NCBI GenBank assembly: GCA_047967505.1
Contig: CM106538.1
Length of the DNA stretch: 64,000 nucleotides
Direction: 5' to 3' (one strand)
Source: Dipteris shenzhenensis
Taxonomy: Eukaryota
Part shown: piece by piece, positions 40,550 through 53,652 of the stretch
Position numbering within the stretch: the first letter of the stretch is position 1
Layout of the letters: each line of letters begins with the position of its first letter
The notes under the pieces: generated by a model
The model's database searches: none
Seen by the model: only the letters and a program-made list of their open reading frames with translations
What the model was told of the DNA's origin: nothing
Position numbers and translations under genes: made by a program

Positions 40550-41900
40550 TGCCCATTATTGAACATGATTGTATCATGGCAAGGAGAGTGCTTTCATAAG
40601 TCCATCGATTCAACGAATGAAAGAAAGTCTAGGGTTTACATAGCAAGTATTTTGGCAAAAATAATAAGGGAGATAGGACCAAACAAAGTTGCACAAATCA
40701 TCAGAGTAAAAAGATTGGTAGACTATTATAGAGAGAGTTTCAACATTTGTATGTATCGGCATGCTGCACTCACACCACCTTGAACTTGGTGTTGAAAGAT
40801 TAGTACAAGCATGTGCCATGGTTTAAGGAGATTATACATGATGCTTGTGAAATTGTTAAGTTTGTACAATCCTATCAATGGCTCAAGACAATATACAATT
40901 CATGGGTTAGGTCCATAATGCTTCTATTGCTTGCAAGAACAAGAATTTACATGCAATTTTACATATTACAATCATTGATAAACGATAAGAACTTTTTGAT
41001 TGAGATATTCCAATGTGATATTTTCCAAAGATGGGTGTTTGAGCTAAGGAATAGAGTGGTTACAGATGAATGCTATGACATAAAAGATAGCACCACTAGC
41101 ATTATGGAAGTCTTTTGCAGATGAAGTGAGGATAATGTTGCCCTATCATTATTGCGCTAGGAGCTTTGGACTCAAATTCCCCAAAAATTTGAAAACCTTG
41201 GATGTACCTTTTGATGCACAAAACAAACAATTAGAGTCAATGCACACAATGCCCAAGGTGCAACGTTGGTGCTCGTTTTTAGGGTATGATGAAGCACAAT
41301 TTATTCTCAGATTTGAGACTCCATTTTGGAGGTGCCATTTCCAGCACCAGCGCTCAATGTTTTCGCCAGCCAATAGAAAGCTACCATCTAGTGTTGGGAT
41401 GGATTGTAGTGCCTTCAATGCTCAGGACTAGGATGGGCAAGGCAATCAAAAGTGCCCAGCTCTCACATGCAAGCTCTCTCCATGTACTTCGACCTCTTTC
41501 AAACAAGTCAGACCTCCATTAAATGCTTCAATGGAGTGGATCTAAGTACACATGTGAACAAAGCAATCTATGGGCACCAACTATGCATCTTGTAACTGTG
41601 TGCATTGAGCCTTATTGCTAGAAATCCACCGACACATCTAGGTGAGAAAAATGACAAAAGGCCTTTCAATGCAAAACATCAAAGGGAGATGTTGAATTTG
41701 TTTAAAAAGTGATGGGAGAAAGTTCATAGTTTGTTGCATAGTGGTGGGTACCTTCTTGATCCAAAGTGGTTGAACATGAATGTTGAAGAGGTTATGGAAT
41801 TATGAATTATTTCCACATGATTTCCATAAGTGGCTCGAGCATATTATCCATAAAATGCTATATTTGCTAAGTGCTATAATGAGCTAGCAAAGTACCAATT
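40550..41900 (+). mobile_element. hAT-superfamily transposase remnant (DUF659-like)
   Basis: ILAKIIREIGPNKVAQII, PWFKEIIHDACEIVKFV, RTR and LHSGGYLLDPK fragments. Confidence 0.6.
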
Positions 41901-42590
41901 AAGATTATTGCTAGAGACAACCTTGTGACTTGCAAATAGTAGTTCAATGAGTCAAGTGACAATCCCAACAATGGTATTTCCAAGGTACAAGGGTTGCTCT
42001 AGTGATGATGTGCAGTTGCTTCTATGCATTGTGTGTGCATTGGTTTAATATCATCATATATGTGTTAATGGTTTTCTTCAATGTTTGCATTTTTGCTTTA
42101 ATGGGTTCACTTCATTAGGCTTGATTTGATGGTTTGTTTTGATGCGCAATCATGTTAAAGTTGGAATATGCTATGTAGACAATTCAATATTAACTGAGTC
42201 AACACGACACACAATGCTAATTTCTCAAAAACTTTAGATGCTATACATTCAAATCATTGAAGATGTTTAGTTTACATGGCTCGTAAGCTAGTGCTGCAAT
42301 AAATTGCCAAGCCTCATAACCATATACAATGATGGTGAAAATTTGTGTGACGACAAAGTGGCACAATTTACTTACTCGCATGGTTTGTATCAAACAGATC
42401 AAGCTAAACCAGGCTTGCAAAATGTGGCATAAGACTTGGTAGATGCCTCAAAAATTGTTTGACAAATAGGCCATAAAGAGTGCATCATCACTGCCCTTAG
42501 GGTCACCTCCACTGGAATAGGCTAGTGTGAAGGATGGCAACATATAATCATCTCTAAGTCCTTTGGTTGAGCCACTTGCAATGTCTCTTT

Positions 42591-42942
42591 TGTTGAGATA
42601 TCGAGCTCCACTCGCGATATGCCAGGGTGACCGTTGTGTATTTATGTCACCGATTTGTTAGCTGGAGATGCGGTTGGTACACCGCCCACGAATAATAGCT
42701 GGATGACAGCTATCCTTATCTACACTAGTTCGTGGCTCAGTTAGTATGCCACCTTAGTTAGTTGAGTTTGGTTTGAGACCCACATATAGGGTTCTTCTAT
42801 TTCTTTGTACTAGAGTTCTTTTGGCTTTCACAACTAAGAAGAGGAAAACTGTTTTCGGCCTCCACCCTTGTGTGTATTCCCCCATTGTGCATGTGAGAAA
42901 GCCGCAAGTGAGACTTCTTCCCTCTCTCCCACAATCTTCACA
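42591..42942 (+). repeat. Copia 5' LTR
   Basis: TGTTGAGATA...CTTCACA, direct repeat of 47818-48167. Confidence 0.95.
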
Positions 42943-43487
42943 TGGTATCAGAGCCTTGTTCGTGGTAAGGAGCTCAAGAAAGCAAGCCAAGTTCGTGGTG
43001 TCCTGGTAAGAGGACCAGTGTTGCTTTCTTATTTCGAGTTTGGGAGCAAATCTCTGCAGGTAGCACAGCCAGAAGTGCAGGAGTGCACTGTTTTAGATTG
43101 AGACGCCCTTCGCGGTGTGGCGAGAGTGCAGTATATGCTGCGGGTGTGGGCGAAGCCCTCAATGACTTTATTTTTCTGATTTGAGGCCGTTTCGGGGCCC
43201 GTTTTGAAGGCGGAAGTTCTTCGCAGGCACTCAGAAAAAGGCCCTGTTTTTTGCTGTGCGACCACTGCACGGCTAGTTGGTGGAAAGGTGCCTCAGAAAT
43301 TGCATCGTATGCCTATGTGCAGAGATATTGGGAGTTACAGATTCATGCCTGTTGCCTGTTGATGCAAAATTGTCACTAGGAAGTGACTGTGTGGTGAAAT
43401 ACCACTTTTGTCAGTTTTGCAGATCTGCCCGTGTGAGGCAAAAAGCTGTGTTTTTTGCAGTGACAGAATATTTTGCAGTGTTTTGTA

Positions 43488-46400
43488 ATGGCATCTGATT
43501 CTCTTTCACAGATTGTCACTGAAAAGCTTGACAAGAACAACTTCCAGGCATGGAAGTTTAGAATGACGAATTTCTTGATGGGAAAAGGCTATTGGGAATT
43601 CATTACAGGAAATGAAGAAGAACCTGTTCTTCCTAATGTTCCTAGTCAACAGGAAATGCAGGCATTCAAAGGATGGCATGAGAGAGCCAGGAAAGTTATG
43701 TATTGGCTGTCTATCAGTATTTCAGACTCCATGATTGTGCATATTCAGGATGCAAATACGCCAAAGGAGGCATCGGATACTTTAGCAAAAATGTACAGCA
43801 CAAATACGCAAGCCAGGAAAATGCAACTCAAACAGGAGTTGCACAATGTGCAGAGAGAAAACATGAGCATCAATGACTACCACATGAAGGTGAAGAAAAT
43901 TGCGGATGCACTTGCTTCCATTGGGTCGCCAGTGGATGATGACGATTTGGTTTCTGTGACCTTGAATGGTCTAGGAAAGGATTATGCACAGTTCCAGACA
44001 TCCATTGCCGTCCGTGAAAATTTTCCTGATTTTGAGGAGTTGATTGCTCTTCTAATTTCTGAAGAGCAGAGAAATGGGGGTGCATCTTCTTCAGCAGGAA
44101 CTTCAAAAGAAAGTGTCTTCTACTCAAATGCTGGCAGAGGTAGAGGCAGAGGTAGAGGAGGCCGATCTGCAGGCCGTGGTAGAAATTAGAATATGCAGCA
44201 AATGCAAGAAAACCAGTCCTATGCAGGAGGACGTGGTAACTCTAGAGGCAGGGGGAGCCAAAGAGGCCGTGGTGGATGGCAGAGAGGCCAAAATGCAAAC
44301 AGCAATGTTGAATGCTACTATTGTGGCAAAATGGGTCATATGGCTAAGGACTGCTATAAAAAGCAGAATGACATTATGAGTGGAAAATTGCAGCAAGGCA
44401 ATTATGCATCTTCAAGCAGGCAGGGTGATGATAGAAATGAGCATCTATTTATGGTGCAGCATATGACCAATTCTGTGACAAGTGCAGAAGAACAAAATGA
44501 TGTGTGGTATGTTGACTCAGGTGCGTCAAACCACATGACAGGTCATGCAGAATGGATGCAAGATGCAAGGAAAATGGAAAAACCAAGATTTGTGGAGACG
44601 GCGGGTGATGATACTGCACATCCTATTGTGCAGATTGGCAAAATTCCTTCGTCTATGCAGGATGGGAAAAAGAAATACTTGTCTGATGTATTTCATGTCC
44701 CGAACATCACCAAGAACCTGGTTTCTGTTGGTCAGATGGTTGAGCAGGGCTTGTAGGTCAGATTTAATCCTCATGGATGCTTTGTTGAGGATATGAAAAA
44801 TAATGGTCGCTTGATAGCAAAAGGAAAGAAGAAGGGCAGGATGTTTACGTTGGATGCGGACATGCCTGAATTGAGTGCAACAATGTTTGCACATGGGACC
44901 GGCGTAGTTGCAGATATTGATATCTGGCACAAACGCATTGGTCATGTTAATATACAGCGACTTAAATCAATGCAAGCCCAAAATATTGTTGCAGGATTGC
45001 CTAAATTCAAGGTTGCAGAAATGCACAAGGTTTGTGAAGCCTGTTAATTTGGGAAACAGGCAAGGAAACCTTTTCCTAGGCATGTTCAAGAGAGTAAAAA
45101 GCCATTGGAATTAATCCACTCTGATGTGTGGACTACAAAAGCTGCATCTATTGGAGGCTGTCACTATTTTGTCACATTTATTGATGACTTCAGCAGAAAA
45201 CTGTGGGTGTATTTTATGAAAAAGAAAAGTGAAGTGTTTGGGCACTTCAAAGCTTTCAAAGCTATGGTTGAAAAAGAAACAGGCCTGCAAATAAAATGCC
45301 TAAGGTCAGATGGAGGGGGAGAGTACCTCTCAAATGAGTTTGCAAGGTTCTTGCAGGAGCATGGTATAAAGCAGCAATATTCATGCAGTCATACCCCACA
45401 GCAAAATGGAATTACAGAAAGAAAAAACAGGCATATTGGAGAGGTGTCTCGGGCTATGCTAAATGAAAAAGATCTACCAGATTATTATTGGGTTGAAGCA
45501 GTTGCTACAGCAGTCTATATAATGAACAGGACTCCCACTGCAGCAATACATGGCATGACGCCAGAGGAGATGTATACTGGTAGGAAACCAGATATTTCTC
45601 ATTTGAAGATTTTTGGTTGCATTGCTTATGTCCATGTGCCAGATGAGTTGAGGTCCAAGTTGGATCCAAAAGCTAAGAAGTGCGTCTTTATTGGTTATTC
45701 TCTGCACAGCAGAAAGGGTATAGATGCTATAACCCTTCTACATGTAAGTTCACAGTGAGCAGAGATGTTGTTTTTGATGAGATGAGCAGCTGGTATAAAC
45801 CAGTAAATGTGATGATTGATGTAGATGCACAAAATGGTAATGCTGCACAGAATGCACAGCAGCAATCACAAAATATCAGTGGACCTGGAGTGTCCTCTAC
45901 CAGTGGTTCACATACTTCGCCATGGACAGGCAGATTGAGATCAGGAGAATCCCCTCAAAGCAATGCAGATAGTGGTACGCAGGTATCACGAAAAGGAAAA
46001 GAGAAGGTAGATCAGCCCATGTTTGATGTGAATGCAGGTCACTCTTATGTGGATGGTGAATCCAGTGGCTCAGAACAGAGCATTGATGATGAGTTGGGTA
46101 TTCCTTCTGTTGTTACACCTGGAGTAAGGAAGACCAGGGATGTTTTGAGAGCACCGGGAAGTGAGCCTATTTTGCGCACGTCTACCAGGGTTAGGTATCC
46201 TGTGGATAGGCTGAAATATGATGGATTTACAGCCATTCACTATGCCTATATGGTCAAAGTGATACAGGAACCAGAACCCACTTCTTTTGAGCAAGCCATG
46301 GGAAATGAAAAATGGGAGAAAGCCATGGATGAAGAAATGGATGCCTTGGATGCTAATGCTACATGGGAATTGGTGCCTTTGCCTAAAGGCAAGAATGCAA

Positions 46401-47920
46401 TTGGCTGTAAGTGGGTTTATAAGATCAAGCACAATGCAGATGGTTCTGTGAATAGATACAAGGCAAGATTAGTTGTCAAGGGGTATGCACAGACATATGG
46501 CATTGATTATGAAGAAACTTTCAGCCCGGTTGCAAGGATGGCAACCGTAAGAGCATCCATTGCTATGGCTGCATTAAAGGGATGGTCTTTACATCAGATG
46601 GATGTAAAGAATGCCTTCTTGCATGGTGATTTGCAAGAAGAGGTCTTTATGGAGCAGCCAGCAGGTTATGTTCATGCTATTCATCCTGAGTTTGTTTGCA
46701 GGTTGAGGAAAGCCTTGTATGGCTTGAAGCAAGCACCTAGAGCATGGTCTGACAAGATAGGACAGTATATTGTCACTATTGGCTTTCAGATTTCCAAGGT
46801 AGATTTCTCACTCTATGTGAGAAAAACAGAGAAAGGGATTATGCTGCTGGTCATTTATGTTGATGATTTGATCATCACAGGTGATAGTGATGAAGATATC
46901 CTTCATGTGAAAATGCTATTGAGGCAGAAGTTTGAGATGAAGGATTTGGGAGAGCTGCGTTATTTCTTGGGCATTGAGGTGATTAGATCACCAAGTGGGA
47001 TACAGCTCTTACAGAGGCAGTATGGATTGGACATGCTGTCCAAATATGGGATGACAGGCTGTAAGCCTATTTCAGTTCCTTTGGAGCAGAATGTGAAGCT
47101 GAGCACAGATGTAGGTGAGCTTCTGGAAGACCCTACTATGTACAGACGCATAGTAGGAAGTTTGATTTACATGACTATTACCACGCCAGATTTGAGCTAT
47201 GCTGTTGGGTTGGTAAGTCAGTTCATGCAGGCTCCAAGGAAACCGCATTTGGATGCGGCTAGACACATACTCAGGTATGTGAAGTCCACATTGCAGTATG
47301 GACTATTTTATGAGGCTGGGGTTCAGATACAGTTGCATGGATACACTGATGCTGATTGGGCTGGTAGCATTTCAGATAGACGATCTACCAGTGGATATGT
47401 GTTCTCTTTTGGGAGTGCTGCAGTCACTTGGAGCAGCAAGAAACAGCCTACAGTTGCCTTGTCAAGCACAAAGGCTGAGTACAGGGGTGCAGCAATGGCT
47501 GCATGTGAGGTAGCTTGGTTGCATAAGCTACTCTATGATATGCATCAGTCTACAGATGGGCCAGTTGTCATTTATTGTGACAACATGAGTAGTATACATT
47601 TGGCAAAGAACCCAGTCTTTCATGCCAGAACAAAGCACATTGAGGTGCATTATCACTATGTGCGGGAGAAGGTTTTACTAGGTCTCATTGATCTAGTTTA
47701 TGTCAGCACAGAGGATCAGGTAGCTGACATCTTCACGAAAGCATTGGGCGCAGAGAAGCTGCGCAAGTTCAGAGACCTGCTTGGTGTGCAGGATTTGGGA
47801 TTGAGCTCGAGGGGGAGTGTTGAGATATCGAGCTCCACTCGCGATGCCAGGGTGACCGTTATGTATTTATGTCACCGATTTGTTAGCTGGAGATGCGGTT
47901 GGTACACCGCCCACGAATAA
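43488..47920 (+). pseudogene. Copia gag-pol polyprotein (gag, CCHC, PR, INT, RT, RH)
   Basis: CYYCGKMGHMAKDC, WYVDSGASNH, IHSDVW..RSDGGGEY, YKARLV, YVDD, YTDADWAG, KHIEV. Three stops and one frameshift (~45705). Confidence 0.95.
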
Positions 47921-48167
47921 TAGCTGGATGACAGCTATCCTTATCTACACTAGTTCGTGGCTCAGTTAGTATGCCACCTTAGTTAGTTGAGTTTGATTTG
48001 AGACCCACATATAGGGTTCTTCTATTTCTTTGTACTAGAGTTCTTTTGGCTTTCACAACTAAGAAGAGGAAAACTGTTTTCAGCCTCCACCCTTGTGTGT
48101 ATTCCCCCATTGTGCATGTGAGAAAGCCACAAGTGAGACTCCTTCCCTCTCTCCCACAATCTTCACA
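47818..48167 (+). repeat. Copia 3' LTR
   Basis: Direct repeat of the 5' LTR, following the PPT. Confidence 0.95.
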
Positions 48168-49329
48168 TCTTTTCTCCATGCACTCTTGCCTTAGGCACAT
48201 GTTCATGTTGTTCAAGCTTCTCAACGTTTGTCGACATAGCTGTGACAATGTTTCATGCAACTTATTTGTCATCGCGCTTTGTAAGTGATGGATTTCATCA
48301 AAATGAGCTTCATTTTCATAATAAAGCTTCTACATTTGCTCCTTCAGTGTCTCTAGTGGTCCCACCAATGCATCTGAGAGAATCTCGTGTCACCCCGCAA
48401 CATCCTTCCGAGGCTTCATGCCCTCTTCATGCATTTCTCGCAGTATAAGCAAAAACCTACTTGGAGTCCTTTCACAAAGTGTAGATATACCATCATTGCG
48501 AAGTATAAAGTCACATCTCCAGGGTGGGGCTCTTTTCCACATACATAATGTATATGTCATGTGCTCAAGCTCGGATATTTGGATGTCGACAATTAATGAT
48601 TTTCCATCTTCCATGCTTCTCCATGGTGGGGCTCTTTGCCTCCACCTTATTTGGCTTCCATCTACTGCTAGATTGCTCCTATGCATCTAGTGGCCAGATT
48701 GATAATACATCGTCATTGGATACCAAGTTCTTGATATCCTTTCAATGAATGCTAGTAGGTTTGCCCATGTGATATTCATTAGATAGTGTTTGGTGGTGCA
48801 ATGGAAATTCTTTGCAGGCACTCATAGCATGATTAAACTCCTCCTTTTTTGAGCCTCCTCTCGTGTAAGTGGTCTCTTGCCTACATCTCTAATAATCGAT
48901 GCAAAGTCTAAATTTTTACAACCTTAACAACTACCTAGAGACTTCCCATCTCTGTGTTTCTTGTGACTAGTGAAAGACTACCTATAGTAAGTTTTGCTAG
49001 CAATTTCACAAAATCTACTGAAAAAGACTAAGACACTGCATAAGAGCCTCTTCAAAGAGTACTTCTACTAAAACCATAAACGTTGTGCAAACCAAGAGCT
49101 CTCTCTTAACTCATCCCTGAGAGATAGCTCCAATGAAATATATCAGCATCAACAACATACCTCCTCACCAATCACACATGTTTGTTGCCTTGCACACCAT
49201 CCTGATCCCTTCTCTTATAAATCCTTAAATTCTCTTGGCATGACTTTGATTGCCTTGTTTTAGAATGGAGCAGAAATTCAAAAGACTAGATCAATTCTTC
49301 TTTCCATAGATGAATTTTTTATGAATGCC

Positions 49330-49555
49330 TCCATTCCCAAATGCCCAATACTAGATAATATACCTAATGAGCTCCTACAAAGCCTAGGTGAAGGTTTCCA
49401 TGATATGTTGTTCACACTTTTCAAAATTGGCTATACTATTTAAAGAATCCCCCCTTCTTGCAAAATTAGTAGTATTACTGCACTGTCACAAGAATCCCCT
49501 CTTCTTGCAAAATTAGCTATCACAATATTACTTCATAAAAAGGGAGATCCCTCTA
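49330..49555 (+). mobile_element. Non-LTR retrotransposon RT N-terminal fragment
   Basis: KCP.LDNIPNELL...IPPSCK...LLHKKGDP, resembling LINE RT motifs 0-1. Confidence 0.5.
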
Positions 49556-51254
49556 GCAATGAAGCTTCCCAGTTGGGTAGCCAACCCATCACACATGGAA
49601 TGCCAAGGGGCACTTCAGATTTTTTGTGTACATTTTGGCAGGTGGTGTGTGTGTGTGTAAAGGTTTTGCCCATGACAATCTTCCCATCCCATTTATATAG
49701 GTGCCCTAACAATGGGCACTTCTTTTGCAGCTTCTTGCGGTTTGTAAGAGGACACCCTCATACCCCCCCTACATTTGCTTTCGAAGGTGGAAATGCATTT
49801 ACTGGGGTCGTTTCCATAAGAAACTTGCATCCGCGGCCACTCCTTTGCTAGAGAAGAGGTTGTAGGGGGTGCCCAAGGGTACCCTCCAAACCTCCTTCCT
49901 TGCATCTTTGAGTACGTGGACCACCGACTTTCACTCTTTCGACTGGTACACTATAAATTTTCCTGCTACCATTCAAGTTACCTACTGGAAGCAAGTCTAC
50001 AGGGATGAGGGGGCAGGCCAACAACTACATCCTATTATTAGCCCCCTGCCTAGAAAACTTGCATGAGCACATAAAGGCAGTCCCTAAATCTAAAGATCAC
50101 AGTGCTCTTCAAAGGGGGTCTTGCCCTTCTCGAAAAGGGAAAGAGAGAAATGAACCTTCAAAATGATGTTTTGTAGTGCCCTTTGAAAATGATCGAAAAG
50201 ATCTAATCTAGAAGGATGACTTCTAAATTACCCTTCAAAATGGAATTCTAGGCTACCCTTCACATCAGAGGCCTGTAGGATGGTTTATGGGATTGGCCTC
50301 TAAGAGGGCTTCCCCATGCATGTTAGAAGGGCTATGCCAACCCCACTAGCATTGAAAAATCATGTCCCCATGGTTGATAGCAATGCTTTGAGATCTTTTT
50401 TTCTAGCATTGCACTGATAGTAGAGCAAGGCTTTTTGCTAGGCATGCCCAAAGACTTTGATTTGGCTAAGATCCTTCCATCCTTCATCTCTTTTCTCTTA
50501 TATATATATTATTTACGGTGGCTAATCCCAGACCTTATTATTTACGGTGGCTAATCCCAGACCTGATGACATGGCATGAATTTGGAGGTTCGGGGTCGAA
50601 TTCTGGAGGTTCGAGGGAGGAGGAGGGAGGTTTGGGAAGAGGAGGAGGTTCGGGGAAGAGGAGAGAGAGCTTAAACCCACGCATGGCAGGACGTGGAAGA
50701 GGGGACAAACTGTAGCCAACCACGTGGCACGACAGTGCGAGAGGACTAGAGCGCAAATAGGATGTGGTAGAATGTGGGGCGACGTGGCGCAGTGCGGTGG
50801 GAGGACAGAGGCTGTAGGTTAAGGGACAGACGGGGCGCTAGTAGCCACATGGCATGTCGCCATTGGCTTGGGAGTAAATGTCGGTGGCGGATAGAGCGGT
50901 TGTGGGACAGAGCGATTGCTCATCCTAACACATGGCACGTAGGGAGCGAAACCCGGAGTCCATCAGTACCTTGCTCAGGGAGGTGCAGTGGCGCAGTGGG
51001 CGTGAAGGCAATCTTGCCACATGGTGAAGGCGCGGTACAACCACATGCACATGTGAAGTAAATGCGTGCCACAGGCGCGACTCTAGCGACGACGCTCTAC
51101 AAACGTGGCTGCCAGTCGGTGGGGATACATGGCATGGAGTAGGACAGCGCCCAGGCCGATCTGCACACGTGGTGGTTAGCGAGCAGTACGCCCAACCCAC
51201 TGATGCCACATGGCACATTTAGATACAGTGGCTCAAATAGAGGAGGTAGCAGAG

Positions 51255-51259
<5 letters not shown>

Positions 51260-51299
<40 letters not shown>

Positions 51300-51376
51300 C
51301 GTGATGTGGCTACGAATCCCTGTGCAAAGATACTACATGGTGGCCAGGCATGATACATGGCAAATTAACACGTGGA

Positions 51377-51432
<56 letters not shown>

Positions 51433-51460
51433 ATATGTGGATGCGTGCGTGCGTGCGTGC

Positions 51461-51534
<74 letters not shown>

Positions 51535-51690
51535 ATGCGAATTGTTTATTAGGGAAGAGTTGCCATATGGTAGCCATTTAGGGGAGAGTGAACCTAAATT
51601 TGAGTGTTCATGTGTGATGTCTCCTAATTTTAAGTGTTTATGTGTGCATGCGCGTGTGTGTGTGAGGGAAAAGTCGCAAGAGAGTTCGGT

Positions 51691-51772
<82 letters not shown>

Positions 51773-51775
51773 TGC
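51260..51775. repeat. Cluster of (GA)n and (GT)n microsatellites
   Basis: Four long GA tracts with GT/GCGT runs. Confidence 0.9.
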
Positions 51776-52296
51776 ATAATGTAGGTGTGTGTGTGTGTGT
51801 GGTGGTGGGGAGGGGGGGGGATTTTATACGTGAATGCTTTGCCCCTCGATGAACAATAGAAGGTCGCTCATCTAGCTGAATAGTTGAGTAGACTGAGCAT
51901 AAAGCCAAGTGATGCGATGGCTACAATGGAGGGGTCCTTGAAGCTTGAAATTTTATTTCTTGAAATCAAAGACATTTTAAAATCCCAGCGGAGCGGGTCT
52001 GTAGCGCGTCGTTGTTGACGGGTCAGGCTACTAGTGTGATTAGTAGTAAGGCTTCAAGACTGCTATAGCCCAGCAAGGCTCTTCTTTGCTAGGCATTGGT
52101 TGAGATCCTTCCATTCTCGATGCCATTAGTGGAAGTAGTAGTTTGCAAAGGCTTCAAAACTGCCATGTCAAACTCAGCAAAGCTTTCATGGAGACAGTCC
52201 AATGACATACCTTAAAACTGGGAGATGGCATTTATAGAGGCATTGAGGAGCTAATTTGAAAACAGTAGCAAGCACATCCCACTATCGAGCTGGGAT

Positions 52297-53652
52297 ATGG
52301 CTCCTGGAAATCCCAAGTCTAAAGGACCTCCTTCGTCTGCCCACGCAGACAAAGAAGCTCCTCCCACAGCAGCAGCAGCTGCTCCCCTTCGCACAAAGCT
52401 GCACAAATTCAAAAGGAAGAAGAAAGCGAATCTGGGTTCCTTTCCAGATCACGATAACGTCCGCACATCTACTCCTTTCGAGGTTGCTTGCCCTCCCGGA
52501 TCTCATCTTCCTCGACCCAATAATCCCCCCCCTGGGAACTCCCCCCAGACAATCGACTCCAACTGGAAGCTCCTTCAAGCTGTAGGTGCGCTACCCTTCG
52601 CTAGTTCTCTTCAAACTTCGTTGAGATTTAGCAAGGTTTATGTTTCGCCCTTGACCGTCCATTATCTGTGCTTTTGTATTTTAGACATTGAAGAAAGGTC
52701 ATACGGGAGCTCGACGTTCCTTCAGACCTGTGAATAGTGCGGAAACAGCTAAGAATGAAAGTAAGTTTGCTGACACACATACCTTCAAGTCATTACTACT
52801 TGTACTCTTTTGAATTTCAAGAGCAAAGCTCGATATAAGTCTTTTCTTTGGGGGGGGGGGGGGGGGGGGACTGCTTCCTTTGCTCGATTGTTGAATTCAT
52901 CGTCCTTATCTCAAATTTTCACAAGCTGGAACTGCTACGAATTCGAAAGAGATGCAACCGGGTGGCCTTTCTCCCAGGAGTGCTGATAGCAGGCACGCCA
53001 TCTACAGCATTACATACTATTTTTCAAATTCTTGCACGTGATGTAGGAAATAACGATCGTGCTAGCTGTTGAGAAAAATGTCAATGAATGTGTATCAGCT
53101 TGACTCACGTATTAGCCATGGACTGTGAGATGGTGGGAGTCGGATTGGATGGTAGAAGAAGTGCACTTGCGAGAGTCAGCCTGGTATTCCTCTGCTAAGC
53201 AAGACACCTAGCCGATTGTCGATTGATTTGCCAATCTAGGATGTTGCGTATGTGATGTTCCAGTTGATATGTTGCATATTGATTGCTTTTGGTCACCTAG
53301 AGGGTCCCGCTTATGATTACTTGGACAGGTGAATATTTGGGGTAACGTGGTGTATGACGAGCATGTACGTCCCATGGAATTGGTCACAGATTTTCGCACA
53401 CACATTAGTGGGGTTCGAGCTAGTGATTTAAGAAAAGGTGCATATCAGATCCAACTAAATAGAATTGGGGTGTTCTTTGTAAAACCATAACCAATGCATA
53501 TATATTTTTGCTGTCATCATCTTTCTGTATTGAACATGTCTTCTTTTCTTGATGTATTAACAGCCAAAGAATTTTCGGTGGTACAAAAGGAGGTCGTACA
53601 GCTTATATCTGGTCGATTATTGGTTGGCCATGCAGTGCAAAATGATCTCAAG
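52297..53652 (+). CDS. REXO4: RNA exonuclease 4-like DEDDh 3'-5' exonuclease, 5' part; remaining exons not found in the window
   Basis: Exons 52297-52581, 52685-52760, 52926-52992, 53099-53183, 53329-53437, 53564-53652 splice in frame. They give SNWKLL, LAMDCEMVGVG, LARVSLVN, YDEHVRP..VTDFRTHISG and LLVGHAVQNDLK. Confidence 0.9.

Larger units (their letters stand above)
42591..48167 (+). mobile_element. Full-length Ty1/Copia LTR retrotransposon with TCTTT TSD
   Basis: TG...CA LTRs at 42591-42942 and 47818-48167, PBS TGGTATCAGAGCC (iMet) at 42943, PPT GAGGGGGAG, and TCTTT at 42586-42590 and 48168-48172. Confidence 0.97.

Noticed and set aside
44187-44189. Programmed stop readthrough in Copia gag
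   Set aside because: It falls before the zinc knuckle and has the same form as two other stops, so mutation is the simpler explanation.
48390-48686. PPR-like phrase LREMHEEGMKP
   Set aside because: A single short match with no repeat array.
51310-51908. ER/SL/HT-repeat ORFs (also near 8753, 15366, 16130, 19401)
   Set aside because: Translations of microsatellites.
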